From Bacteroidia bacterium (GTDB taxonomy: Bacteria; Bacteroidota; Bacteroidia; NS11-12g; UBA9320): DNA of 64,000 bases. Location of the stretch: contig CBDCFW010000006.1 of the NCBI GenBank assembly GCA_965216465.1, forward strand, positions 672,001-736,000, given 5' to 3'. The translations under genes were made by a program, and so were the position numbers. Below are positions 9,179 to 18,544 of this stretch, in pieces (the first letter of the stretch is position 1; each line of letters begins with the position of its first letter). The notes beneath the pieces were generated by a model, which saw only the letters and a program-made list of their open reading frames with translations, made no database searches and was not told the origin of the DNA.

Positions 9179-9877
9179 CTATCTGATTTTATGATGTAAG
9201 CTCAGCTGAATCTGATTTTTGCTGATACTGTTGGTCGTTTGGTTCATTACTCCCAATTGAATTTTAGGGAAATTTTCAGGTTGATATCCAATTGCGGCAT
9301 AAGCACGATTTCGATCAAAGAATTGAACCGATTGTCCGTTTCCTATCTGTCTTTCGGCATTGATAAACAGCTCATTATATAATGCCAAGTAGACCGTTCC
9401 GGCTTCAATCTTTCTAGTATTAAGTGGAACATTTACGAATAGATTGTAACGATATCTCGTTCTAAAGTTCTGATTTTCAACGAATCGCTGTTCATAACGT
9501 AAGCGGTGAGTGGTATAAAGTCTTCCTCCTAAATAAGCTGGAAACAAAGCTTCCTGATAAATACGGCTTTCGTTTACCGTACTTGCACTTTTGCCATATT
9601 CTCCGGTTGTGATGTTAGCATAGCCCAGTGTCAATTTAACTTTTGAGCTATCATGTTTGTAGGTTAGCCCACTCCTGAGCATAAGTTGCTCCATGTCACC
9701 ACCCAAATTCCAGTTTCTGTGTTGAACATCTCCTTGAACACCCCAAGGGCCTGATTTGAATGTTGTATTGTAAAAATACATGTACCACGCTCCGAGCTTG
9801 TCTTCATTCACTTGAGCACTGCTAATCGTTGATAATGTACAAGTTATAATAGCAACTGCGATAAATTTTTTAATCAT
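9179..9877 (-). CDS. DUF2490-family outer-membrane beta-barrel protein
   Basis: Motifs 'GAWYMYF', 'EQLMLRSG', 'HRLRYEQRF', 'RYRY', 'YNELFIN' and 'FDRNRAY'. Confidence 0.8.
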   Translation of the reverse strand: MIKKFIAVAIITCTLSTISSAQVNEDKLGAWYMYFYNTTFKSGPWGVQGDVQHRNWNLGGDMEQLMLRSGLTYKHDSSKVKLTLGYANITTGEYGKSASTVNESRIYQEALFPAYLGGRLYTTHRLRYEQRFVENQNFRTRYRYNLFVNVPLNTRKIEAGTVYLALYNELFINAERQIGNGQSVQFFDRNRAYAAIGYQPENFPKIQLGVMNQTTNSISKNQIQLSLHHKIR

Positions 9878-9958
9878 TGGTTTCTTTATATCCTATTTAG
9901 GCGTCGTCAAATAAACAATAAAAATCGAATCTAGTTTAGAAAAAGTAGCTGCTGCTTA

Positions 9959-10270
9959 CTACAAATAACAATCCAAAAGGTCGGTTGCCATATGTAACAG
10001 CAATCCAATCCCAACAATTCGAGTCTTTTTAAAGAAGACTAATCCGAAATATACTCCAATAGCATAGTAAGAGTGTAGTGGATGAAAACCAATACTGCAT
10101 CTATCAGGGTCAAATATTGGATCCGCCAGTAAATGGTCAAGATCAACTAGCATTGTACAGACCATAAGCAGCCACGCCTTCTTCCATTTTGACCTAAAAA
10201 ACACCTTGCCTATCAAGCCAGGAAACAGGAAATGTAAGCTGTAATGTATAATTGGGTTGAGAATTCCCAC
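9959..10270 (-). CDS. DUF6122-family small membrane protein (putative metal-dependent hydrolase)
   Basis: Motifs 'HYSLHF', 'MLVDLDHLLADPIFDPDRCSIGFHPLHS' and 'LHMATD'. Confidence 0.8.
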   Translation of the reverse strand: MGILNPIIHYSLHFLFPGLIGKVFFRSKWKKAWLLMVCTMLVDLDHLLADPIFDPDRCSIGFHPLHSYYAIGVYFGLVFFKKTRIVGIGLLLHMATDLLDCYL

Positions 10271-10316
10271 GGGTTCAAATTACGTACAAATTGCAGTGCA
10301 AATACTGAAATATCTG

Positions 10317-10324
10317 TATCTTTG
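10317..10324 (+). promoter_or_regulatory. Bacteroidota primary-sigma -7 element TATCTTTG
   Basis: Matches TAnnTTTG, 7 nt before ATG 10332. Confidence 0.6.
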
Positions 10325-10331
10325 AATAACT

Positions 10332-11105
10332 ATGACCTTTTTGCGATCAACCATTATTATAGGCTTGGTAGTTCTTATGATTGCTTCATGCGATAAGAAT
10401 CAGTTACCAACCACGCAGACAAATCCAATTGTTGAATTCCGTTTAACCGATGGCCCATGTGATTATGACCATCTTTATATTGATGTTAAAGGAATTGAAA
10501 TTCACTCAGACTCAACAGGTTGGCAAGATTTACAGCCCTTCAACGCCGGAATTTATGATATTCTAGAGCTTACGAATGGATTGGATACCTTGCTTTGCAG
10601 AACCACACTTCCAGTAGGTACAATATCTCAAATTCGATTGATCTTGGGAGATAACAATACCTTGGAAACAGATGGCAGTACTTACGACCTAGCTGTTCCA
10701 TCAGGAAGCACAAGCGGATTAAAAATTAACCTGCATCAGCAATTATTAGCCAATACTTCATACAGTATTTGGTTGGATTTTGATGCATGCAAGTCAATTG
10801 TTAGAAGAGGAAATGGAACATTCGGTTTAAAACCAGTGATTCGTGCTTTCTCTGACTCAACGAATGGAAAACTAACAGGATATGTGCTTCCAGATAGCTT
10901 AAACAGCGAAGTACATGTTATCGATAACGGAGATACAATTACAGCCTTGCCAGAAGCTAATGGATATTTCATGGTTTGTGGCTTAGACGGCGTTTATGAT
11001 GTACATATTGCATCCAACGATTCAACCGTTCAAGACTCACTTATTCCAAATGTGAGTGTTGATTTTGGCGAAATTGTATCGCTCGACACCATTAATTTAA
11101 ACTAA
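10332..11105 (+). CDS. DUF4382-domain lipoprotein
   Basis: Lipobox IASC; motifs 'RLTDGP', 'QIRLILG', 'VPSGSTSGLKI', 'LDFDACKSIV' and 'LKPVIR'. Confidence 0.85.
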   Translation: MTFLRSTIIIGLVVLMIASCDKNQLPTTQTNPIVEFRLTDGPCDYDHLYIDVKGIEIHSDSTGWQDLQPFNAGIYDILELTNGLDTLLCRTTLPVGTISQIRLILGDNNTLETDGSTYDLAVPSGSTSGLKINLHQQLLANTSYSIWLDFDACKSIVRRGNGTFGLKPVIRAFSDSTNGKLTGYVLPDSLNSEVHVIDNGDTITALPEANGYFMVCGLDGVYDVHIASNDSTVQDSLIPNVSVDFGEIVSLDTINLN

Positions 11106-11117
11106 ACCAAAAACACC

Positions 11118-12344
11118 ATGAACCTAACAAAACTAACAACCTGCCTGGCAATCGTTTTTGTATTTGCCAGCTGTCAAAAAAATGAAGTAATTGAAAACTT
11201 TTCAGACTCTGAGGCGATTACTTTCGAAAACGCTGAGCACGGAACGATAATCCCGGGTCATTACATTGTGACCTTAAAGGAAGACTTTGTTCCTACTTAC
11301 AAAATGAAAACGGTAAATACGTATAGTGAGAAACTTACTTTAGTTAAAAATGCTGTAATCGATTTTGAAATTGATATTACTGGAAAGCAAATGCCAGTAA
11401 CGCATACCTATTGCAGTGCTCTTGTAGGTTTTTCTGGAGCTCTGACAGACGATATGGTAGCTAAGCTTCAAAATGACGATAGAGTTTTAAGCATAGAACC
11501 GGATAGAATTGTATCACTAGGCAAGCCTGACCGTCCTGGGAAACCTGGAAACGGTGGAGGCGGTGGTGACGATACCGACCCAACCCAAGACACTCCTTGG
11601 GGAATTACCCGAGTAGGTGGTGGTACTACCGCTGCTGATGGAATCGCTTGGATTATTGATTCAGGTATTGATTTAGACCACGATGATTTAAACGTTGATG
11701 TTGCGAAAAGTGAAACTTTTCTAGGAGGAAAGAGTACACCTGATGACCAACACGGTCACGGAACACATGTTGCAGGAACTGTTGCAGCAAAAAATAACTC
11801 AATTGGAGTTGTTGGTGTTGCTCCAGGAACTACCGTCGTTTCTGTACGTGTTCTTGACAGACGAGGAAGTGGCTCAACCAGTGGCGTTATTGCAGGTGTA
11901 GATTATGTAAAAGCCAACGCAGATGGATCTAATGGAGATGTAGCAAATATGAGCTTAGGTGGAGGCATTTCTACTGCACTTGATAATGCAGTACTTAGTG
12001 CATCTGGAACATGTCCTTTTGTACTTGCTGCTGGAAATGATTACGATAATGCGAATTACCATTCACCTGCACGTGTAAATGGCCCTAATGTTTATACCGT
12101 TAGTGCCATGGCTAAAGGTGATGTTTGGGCAAGCTTCAGCAACTATGGATCTGCAGTAGACTATATTGAACCAGGAGTAAACGTTAATTCATGCTGGAAG
12201 AACAATGGCTACAAAGCAATTAACGGAACTTCAATGGCCGCACCTCACTTAACTGGCATTTTATTGCTAGGACCTGTAAGTGTGGGTGGTTACGTGAGTG
12301 TAACTCCAGATTTGCCTGATACTGACCCGATTGGCGTTCTTTAA
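11118..12344 (+). CDS. Subtilisin-like S8 serine protease lipoprotein with I9 propeptide
   Basis: Lipobox FASC; I9 motif 'HYIVTLK...IEPD'; catalytic triad 'IIDSGID', 'HGHGTHVAG' and 'GTSMAAPH'. Confidence 0.95.
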   Translation: MNLTKLTTCLAIVFVFASCQKNEVIENFSDSEAITFENAEHGTIIPGHYIVTLKEDFVPTYKMKTVNTYSEKLTLVKNAVIDFEIDITGKQMPVTHTYCSALVGFSGALTDDMVAKLQNDDRVLSIEPDRIVSLGKPDRPGKPGNGGGGGDDTDPTQDTPWGITRVGGGTTAADGIAWIIDSGIDLDHDDLNVDVAKSETFLGGKSTPDDQHGHGTHVAGTVAAKNNSIGVVGVAPGTTVVSVRVLDRRGSGSTSGVIAGVDYVKANADGSNGDVANMSLGGGISTALDNAVLSASGTCPFVLAAGNDYDNANYHSPARVNGPNVYTVSAMAKGDVWASFSNYGSAVDYIEPGVNVNSCWKNNGYKAINGTSMAAPHLTGILLLGPVSVGGYVSVTPDLPDTDPIGVL

Positions 12345-13645
12345 ACCGAAGCCAACTCTTTTATTAAATTGATTTTTTCTTGTTGGAGCCTATCCAACAA
12401 CTCTCTTCTTCCTAATTTTAATCTCGTCCACTTGAGATTAGCAATCCATTGCACCAATTCTGCAAGGTAACCGTAGGTGAATAAGCCAAGTGTTGGCCAT
12501 ATGATGACGAAAGCTATTGTTACAATCCAGTTGCCCACAAAGTAGTGTAACAATGCTGCTTCAGAAAGACCAAACACCGTAAATAGAAGTATACCCAATG
12601 CTAGAAGAACAGAGCCCATAAAATCTACTCGCTTCACTATCGTTGATGCAAGCGTGACTGTCAAAAAGAAAGGAACAAAGTGCAATGCAAAGCCTAATAT
12701 AAAGATGGGCAAACCTAGTGCAAGTAGAAAAGTTCTCAGAACCCAATATCTTTTCAAGTGTATTCCAGCTTTCATCCAAGTGGTACGGCGTATCCCCAGT
12801 CGGTCTATCGCTCCAAAGTAAGAGCTTAAACGATTTTTAAAGATCTTGAAATCGGCATTATTTTCGGTCTTGTAGCGTTGAACCTTTTCGTTAATTTCTT
12901 TACGTTGATGGTACCAATCTTGAGCAGCTAAAACGCTTGTATCGTCTTGGAGCAAATTTTCAATCTGTCCGATCATTTCTATTTCTGATTGATCTTCTAA
13001 AATTAGAATTTGAGCTTTTAACCGTTCTTCGAGATCTTGGGTTAGCTTCTCAACTCCTTTCCAGTTATCGGCCTCATAATCTTGCTGATAGTCTTTTGCC
13101 CTAAGAGGCTCTCCAACACTTAAGGTAACTTTTCCTCTAAATCGATGCGGGTTTGTATAATTAATTCCAATTGGAACGAGATGAACGTCCAAATCGAAGT
13201 TATTCTTTTGTTCTGCTTCTAACGCAATTCGTGCACTCCCTACTTTGAGGGGAGAAAGCAAAAATTTAGTTTGACATATTCCTTCTGGGAAAATCATCAA
13301 CTGGCCGTTTTTCTCCATCAGTGCATGACAATATCGAAATATGTCTTCGTTTTGATGAGCCTTATCGGGGCTATGCTCTCTTCGAAAAATTGGAATCATA
13401 TTCAACCAGCCAAAAATTTTCACGACAAGCTTGTTGTTAAATGATTCTCCTCTGGTTATAAAATGGGATTGTCCTTTTAATTGGCTTGCTACCACAACAG
13501 GATCCATAAAGGCACTCCTATGATTAGGAAGCAAGAGTATCGGTTTGCCTTCTGGAATGCGTTCTTCGTGAAGTACATTAATCTCCACAAAATACTTGCT
13601 CAACGCATAAGACATGATAATTTTAACTAATCGGTAGAGCATCAA
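12341..13645 (-). CDS. PlsC-like lysophospholipid acyltransferase with C-terminal TM helices
   Basis: HxxxxD motif 'PNHRSAFMDP', plus 'IFPEG' and 'PIGINY'. Confidence 0.88.
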   Translation of the reverse strand: MMLYRLVKIIMSYALSKYFVEINVLHEERIPEGKPILLLPNHRSAFMDPVVVASQLKGQSHFITRGESFNNKLVVKIFGWLNMIPIFRREHSPDKAHQNEDIFRYCHALMEKNGQLMIFPEGICQTKFLLSPLKVGSARIALEAEQKNNFDLDVHLVPIGINYTNPHRFRGKVTLSVGEPLRAKDYQQDYEADNWKGVEKLTQDLEERLKAQILILEDQSEIEMIGQIENLLQDDTSVLAAQDWYHQRKEINEKVQRYKTENNADFKIFKNRLSSYFGAIDRLGIRRTTWMKAGIHLKRYWVLRTFLLALGLPIFILGFALHFVPFFLTVTLASTIVKRVDFMGSVLLALGILLFTVFGLSEAALLHYFVGNWIVTIAFVIIWPTLGLFTYGYLAELVQWIANLKWTRLKLGRRELLDRLQQEKINLIKELASV

Positions 13646-13733
13646 TTATTCGCTATCCAAAAATAGCATTAAAAGTGATTAGCCAACGACTATCAAACTT
13701 CAGCTCAAATAAACTACTTTAATTAAGTACTGA

Positions 13734-14195
13734 TTAATTGTTGATAAACAGCGTGTTACCGCTTCTGTTTACTCGATATGTTTTTAAGTTACATCGGGCT
13801 GGTCCTTCCACCACACGACTGTCAAATAGAAATTTTGAAGTACAGCATTCTACAAAGCCTGTGTCAACCGTTGTACCACATCGAAGTTGCAGATTGGTGC
13901 TATCGACTTCAATTGTTGAGCAATCTGATTCAGATTGATAGGTGCAAGTTTGCTCTATTGCATAGTAGTAATCGTCGTAATTATGAACCAGAAAAATGCC
14001 TCGATTTCCTGCATTTTCAAGAAACATGAACTCCCCAATATTGCTTAAATGAAAATATTCCGGAAGGTCCATATTGATTGTTTGATTCACCACAACTTCA
14101 GGAATAAAACAATCTCCTGCATATGGATCATCTGGTTTACAGGAGTGAATTGTAGCCAAACCTGCCAAGATTATTACTAGTGCGATATACCTCAT
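13734..14195 (-). CDS. Rieske-fold-like Cys-rich lipoprotein
   Basis: Lipobox IHSC. 'YYAIEQTCTY...C...CCTSKF...VEGPA..LKTYRV' follows the Rieske pattern but lacks the His ligands. Confidence 0.65.
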   Translation of the reverse strand: MRYIALVIILAGLATIHSCKPDDPYAGDCFIPEVVVNQTINMDLPEYFHLSNIGEFMFLENAGNRGIFLVHNYDDYYYAIEQTCTYQSESDCSTIEVDSTNLQLRCGTTVDTGFVECCTSKFLFDSRVVEGPARCNLKTYRVNRSGNTLFINN

Positions 14196-15034
14196 TACTC
14201 GTAGTTGTAAAAGCCTTTTCCAGACTTTCTACCATAATAACCCGCTTGTGCCTTCTTTTGTTGTATGCGATTCGGTCTAAATTTTTGATCGTAATTAAAC
14301 AACTCGTACATTGACTCCGTTACTGAGAGATTTGTTTCGACACCAATGAGGTCCATCAATTGGAATGGACCCATTTTAAATCCTGATGCTCTTATCAAAT
14401 CATCAATCACTGCATGATCCGCAACATTTTCTTCAAGAACCTTTAATCCCTCAACATAAAAGTGCCGAGCTACTCGATTCACAATAAAGCCAGGGGCGTC
14501 TTTCGCTACGATACACTTCTTACCAACGCTATTAACATACTCAATCGCTGCATCTAGCACTTCGTTCGAAGTCTGCTCTGCACTAATCACTTCAACCAGC
14601 TTCATAATGTGTGCTGGGTTAAAGTAGTGAATTCCAACGACTTGACTAGGATACTTAAAGCTTGCAGCAAGTTTTGTAAGCGGAATCGAAGAGGTGTTAG
14701 AAGCATAGATTGTATCTGCGCCGTTTATCTCGGCAAGTTGTTCAAGAACCTTTGATTTAACCTCTAGTTTTTCAACTATTGCCTCAATTACAAGTTCTAC
14801 TTGAACGTCAGCTATGCTGTTTGAGAAACTTAAATTTGCCCAAGCGGATGACTTGCCTTGATCGTCTAATTTGCCCAGCTCAATTGCCTTATTCAAGTTC
14901 TTTTCTATATTGGTTTGAGCTACAGCAAGTACTTCATTGTTAATATCAAAAAGTACAACTTCGTGTCCTGCCATTGCTGAAACCTGAGCAATTCCTCTGC
15001 CCATTACGCCTGCTCCTATAACGCCTATTTTCAT
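14195..15034 (-). CDS. hbd: 3-hydroxybutyryl/3-hydroxyacyl-CoA dehydrogenase
   Basis: Motifs 'GVIGAGVMGRGIA', 'EAIVE', 'ASNTSS', 'GIHYFNP', 'PGFIVNR' and 'MGPFQLMDLIG'. Confidence 0.9.
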   Translation of the reverse strand: MKIGVIGAGVMGRGIAQVSAMAGHEVVLFDINNEVLAVAQTNIEKNLNKAIELGKLDDQGKSSAWANLSFSNSIADVQVELVIEAIVEKLEVKSKVLEQLAEINGADTIYASNTSSIPLTKLAASFKYPSQVVGIHYFNPAHIMKLVEVISAEQTSNEVLDAAIEYVNSVGKKCIVAKDAPGFIVNRVARHFYVEGLKVLEENVADHAVIDDLIRASGFKMGPFQLMDLIGVETNLSVTESMYELFNYDQKFRPNRIQQKKAQAGYYGRKSGKGFYNYE

Positions 15035-15074
15035 CGCCGCTAATATCTTGCTTTTAGATTGAAATTACTACTTA

Positions 15075-16172
15075 TTACAATGAAGCTTTGAAGTGATCGA
15101 ATGGGTCGATAGCCATATTATCTAGCCACAACTCGAAATGAAGTAAATGCTGGCCTTTCGCATTTTGGTGTATTGAACCCAACGTTGCGGAAGGATAGAC
15201 AAAGTCTCCAATATTGACTTCGATGTCTTCGAGCCCAGCATAAACAGCTAAGTACTCATTATGAGCTACAATCATGGTTTTGCCATACTTAGGTAGGTGA
15301 GTAATTGACTTTACAACACCCATTGAGATAGCCCTCACATTCTCAGATGCGTGACATAAAATGTCTATTCCTTTGCTCTCTATCATCACCCCATGTTCGA
15401 GATTGTGATGATGCTTACCAAACTTTGTTGTAACCAAACCTTGAGAAACAGGCCAAACAAAATCAGCATGTGAAGTTCTTTTAGCTTGTCGACTACTACC
15501 TTTTAACTCCTGTAAATTGAGTTTAAGATTGTTGGCCTCTTGATCGAGTGTAAGTAGTTGTTGCTTCACAGACTTTATCTTATTCGTTGCTCGAGAAACT
15601 TCTTCTAGTTTTTCCTCTAACAATCGATCAATATCGTCATCTTTACCGTTGTATATCAACAACTTATCGCTAATTATAGCTTCTTGATTTTCTATACTCT
15701 CAAGCTGCTGCTTGCGAAGTTTTTTAAGTTTTTTGAGGTGCTTTGAGCGCGTGAATAAATCTTTTAAGTTCTCACTTGATGCCAGATAAAACAACTTCTG
15801 TTCGTAATCTCGATGCTTGTATTCTGTCAGTAATATGCTGCGGTATTGTTTTATGGCCTCCTCTTTCTGAATCCTAAGCTTACTAACTTCCTGCTGGAGT
15901 TGAAGCACTTCATCTTCTCCTTGGGCGTGTCGTTGATTTATCATTGCAATGATCTCTGAAGCCTTTCGATACTTCTGAAGTTCTTCATTTAGCACCTCAT
16001 TGAGCTGGAGTTTTGAATTTGACAGCGCAACCCACCCTTGTTGTAGGATGTTTTCTTCTAACTTCTGAACTTCTGTTTCAGATTTAACCTGAACCGAAGA
16101 GCTCAAAAAAAAGGGAATAGAAAAAAGAAGAAATGCTACTAAGCGATATAAATTACTGCCTTTTGAACCCAT
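15075..16172 (-). CDS. EnvC-like murein hydrolase activator (coiled coil plus degenerate M23/LytM domain)
   Basis: Long coiled coil followed by 'WPV..G', 'KGIDI', 'YAGL' and 'LHFELW'; the zinc-ligand motifs are incomplete. Confidence 0.8.
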   Translation of the reverse strand: MGSKGSNLYRLVAFLLFSIPFFLSSSVQVKSETEVQKLEENILQQGWVALSNSKLQLNEVLNEELQKYRKASEIIAMINQRHAQGEDEVLQLQQEVSKLRIQKEEAIKQYRSILLTEYKHRDYEQKLFYLASSENLKDLFTRSKHLKKLKKLRKQQLESIENQEAIISDKLLIYNGKDDDIDRLLEEKLEEVSRATNKIKSVKQQLLTLDQEANNLKLNLQELKGSSRQAKRTSHADFVWPVSQGLVTTKFGKHHHNLEHGVMIESKGIDILCHASENVRAISMGVVKSITHLPKYGKTMIVAHNEYLAVYAGLEDIEVNIGDFVYPSATLGSIHQNAKGQHLLHFELWLDNMAIDPFDHFKASL

Positions 16173-16884
16173 GCGGTATATAAAACGGGAATTTAGCTAT
16201 AGGATCAGTATTTATGACTTGGTAATTAAGAACAACTTGAAGTAATGTGCTGGCATTTTGGATGTCAATGTTCACATTTTTAGGCATCAAGTCATTGTTC
16301 ACTTCTTCATAGGTATCGTATTGAATATCTGCACGTTGCGTGCTGTCCGGAGTCGTTATCTCTGACGTAAGTGTTCGCATTTGGTCATTGAGCATCAGAT
16401 TGTTAGTGGCTATACCCTGAACCGCATACAAGTTCATCTTTTCTGTATTTAAGTGATATCTATTTGAGTCAAGTAGTGCATTACCTAAAACGAGGTTTTG
16501 AAGTTGACCGACTTCAGGTTGAAACCCAATAAATGCATTCAGGTAACTGTTATCATACGCCATATATGTACTCATCATGTAATTAACCATGAAAAAGCTA
16601 TCTTCTGTTATCAGAATTTTAGCAATATCAAACCCTAACAAGCTTAGTCTGCCCCAGATAAGGCTGTCTTTCTTCATTTTTAGATGCAAGGAAACATTAT
16701 TGGTTTTCTCATCAATAGTAGTTTGTGCTTTGCCGCGCAGTTCTATGTAATCGAAATCGAACTGACTGGACCAATATTGTTCAAGAATTTGATCGTTTAG
16801 ATCGATAGCTTGTGTAGCTTTCTTTGAACGGCAAGAAGCCATGCTAATCACAATGAGTATGAATATTCCTAGTTTAATCTTCAC
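16153..16884 (-). CDS. DUF4292-family lipoprotein
   Basis: Lipobox MASC, 'LKMKKDSLIW' and 'LQNLVLG'; conserved position between the TPR and EnvC-like genes. Confidence 0.8.
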   Translation of the reverse strand: MKIKLGIFILIVISMASCRSKKATQAIDLNDQILEQYWSSQFDFDYIELRGKAQTTIDEKTNNVSLHLKMKKDSLIWGRLSLLGFDIAKILITEDSFFMVNYMMSTYMAYDNSYLNAFIGFQPEVGQLQNLVLGNALLDSNRYHLNTEKMNLYAVQGIATNNLMLNDQMRTLTSEITTPDSTQRADIQYDTYEEVNNDLMPKNVNIDIQNASTLLQVVLNYQVINTDPIAKFPFYIPHGFKRQ

Positions 16885-18544
16885 GTTTCAATAAATCTAT
16901 TTTGGATTGTATTTCGTTCACCATCGACTGGTTTCCTAGTTTGAGGTATACCGATTTTGCATGCTCTAAGGTTTCTATATCCTTGGGATTCAACAACATA
17001 GCCTTATTTAACCATTCTATTGCACCTTCATAATCTCCTTTTTTATAGAGAATCCACGCTTTAGTATCCATAAAATAGGGGTTGGTTGCATCAAGTTTCA
17101 ATGCCTTATCGCAGAGTGAGTCGGCAAACTCAATTCGTTCACCTCGTTCTGCCAAGCTATAAGCAAAGTTGTTGATTGCCACAGCATTAGATGGTGAAAG
17201 CTCTATTACTTCCTCAAAAACCTTATCGGCTTCCCGAAACCTTTTCAGCTCATTAAGTGCAGAAGCTTTGCAAAGCATCAATTCGAGTTTATCTTGTTTC
17301 TCAAAGGCAATATCCAGTCCTTCATTAACGGTTTCAATTGACTCTTCAAACTGTTTTACGTCTAGCTGAGCATATCCCTTTGCCGCGTATAGCCCAGGAT
17401 TGTTTGGAAAGATCTCTATTGCCCTGCCTGCATCGATCACTTGAACTCTTGGATCTCCAATTTTAGCGTTAGCACTTAAAAGTTTAGTCCAAACCCTAAA
17501 GTCTGTTTCGTCAACCTCTAGGCCTTTAAGTAGGAATTCTCTTGCCTTATATATGTTATCTAATGTTCCATAGTAATCCGCTTTCAGAACATAGGGTTCA
17601 AGTGAGTTAGGATAGGTCTCAAGTAAAATATCGCTAAGTTCATTCAATTCTTGACGTGCACTTATACTAGACTTTAAAACCAAGAAGTATCTGCTTATCG
17701 ATTGAAGTTTTTGTTGTATGGAGATATCGTCTTTAGAAAAAGCAATTTTTAAGTTTTCAAAGGATTCTTTCTTCTTTCCTTGCTTGCCGTACAACTCATG
17801 TAAGGCAAAATGAGCTAGTCCATTATTCGGATCTTGGAGTTTAATTTTCTCAAGAACTTGAATACCTTCATCTACTTTCCCGGCACGTATTAATGCATTC
17901 GCCAAATAACCTTGGAAAGCGATATTCTCAGGATATCGATTAACCAACTTTTCCATTTCAAGAATAGCTAATTCGTTCTTGCCCTGCTTGTTATAGATGT
18001 ATTCAAGACGTGAAGACGATATTTCTTCAATGCCAAATTTGTCCTGCATATTCTTAAGCACACCAATCGATTCCTCGGTTTTGCCAGCATTAAAATGTTG
18101 ATTAGCAGCCTCTATATAGTACTTTCTGACTTCGGGTTCTTGAGCTATCATTTGCTCAAAGATTTTCGCTGATTCAGTGTACTTACCGAAGCGGTTGTAG
18201 AACTGTGCAAGCTGGCCCATGTACCACTTGTTATAATCGGGATTATGCTTGACTGATTCTTCGGCCCATACCAATGCTTCGCTGTACTTATTCAACTGGT
18301 AATACAGTTTCGCCAATTGATACATTGTCGCATGGCTTTCGGGATAAATTTCGAGAGCTTTCTTGTAAGATTGAAGCGCTTTCTCGTTGTTATTCAACAC
18401 CTTATGCTTTGCAGCATCGTAAAAGTGTTGCTCAAAAATTTTTCGTTTGTTGTGGTTTAAACCATCAGAAACACCTCGAGTTGATCTACATCCTACTGAT
18501 GCTAGTAGTATGAAGACAAAGGCTATCTGTATTGGTTTAATCAA
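16874..18544 (-). CDS. TPR-repeat lipoprotein
   Basis: Lipobox SVGC, many TPRs, and 'NNFAYSLA...MDTKAWILYK'. Confidence 0.88.
   Translation of the reverse strand: MIKPIQIAFVFILLASVGCRSTRGVSDGLNHNKRKIFEQHFYDAAKHKVLNNNEKALQSYKKALEIYPESHATMYQLAKLYYQLNKYSEALVWAEESVKHNPDYNKWYMGQLAQFYNRFGKYTESAKIFEQMIAQEPEVRKYYIEAANQHFNAGKTEESIGVLKNMQDKFGIEEISSSRLEYIYNKQGKNELAILEMEKLVNRYPENIAFQGYLANALIRAGKVDEGIQVLEKIKLQDPNNGLAHFALHELYGKQGKKKESFENLKIAFSKDDISIQQKLQSISRYFLVLKSSISARQELNELSDILLETYPNSLEPYVLKADYYGTLDNIYKAREFLLKGLEVDETDFRVWTKLLSANAKIGDPRVQVIDAGRAIEIFPNNPGLYAAKGYAQLDVKQFEESIETVNEGLDIAFEKQDKLELMLCKASALNELKRFREADKVFEEVIELSPSNAVAINNFAYSLAERGERIEFADSLCDKALKLDATNPYFMDTKAWILYKKGDYEGAIEWLNKAMLLNPKDIETLEHAKSVYLKLGNQSMVNEIQSKIDLLKRED

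Noticed and set aside
15075-16172. Active M23 endopeptidase
   Set aside because: The HxxxD and HxH zinc ligands are degenerate, consistent with an EnvC-type activator.
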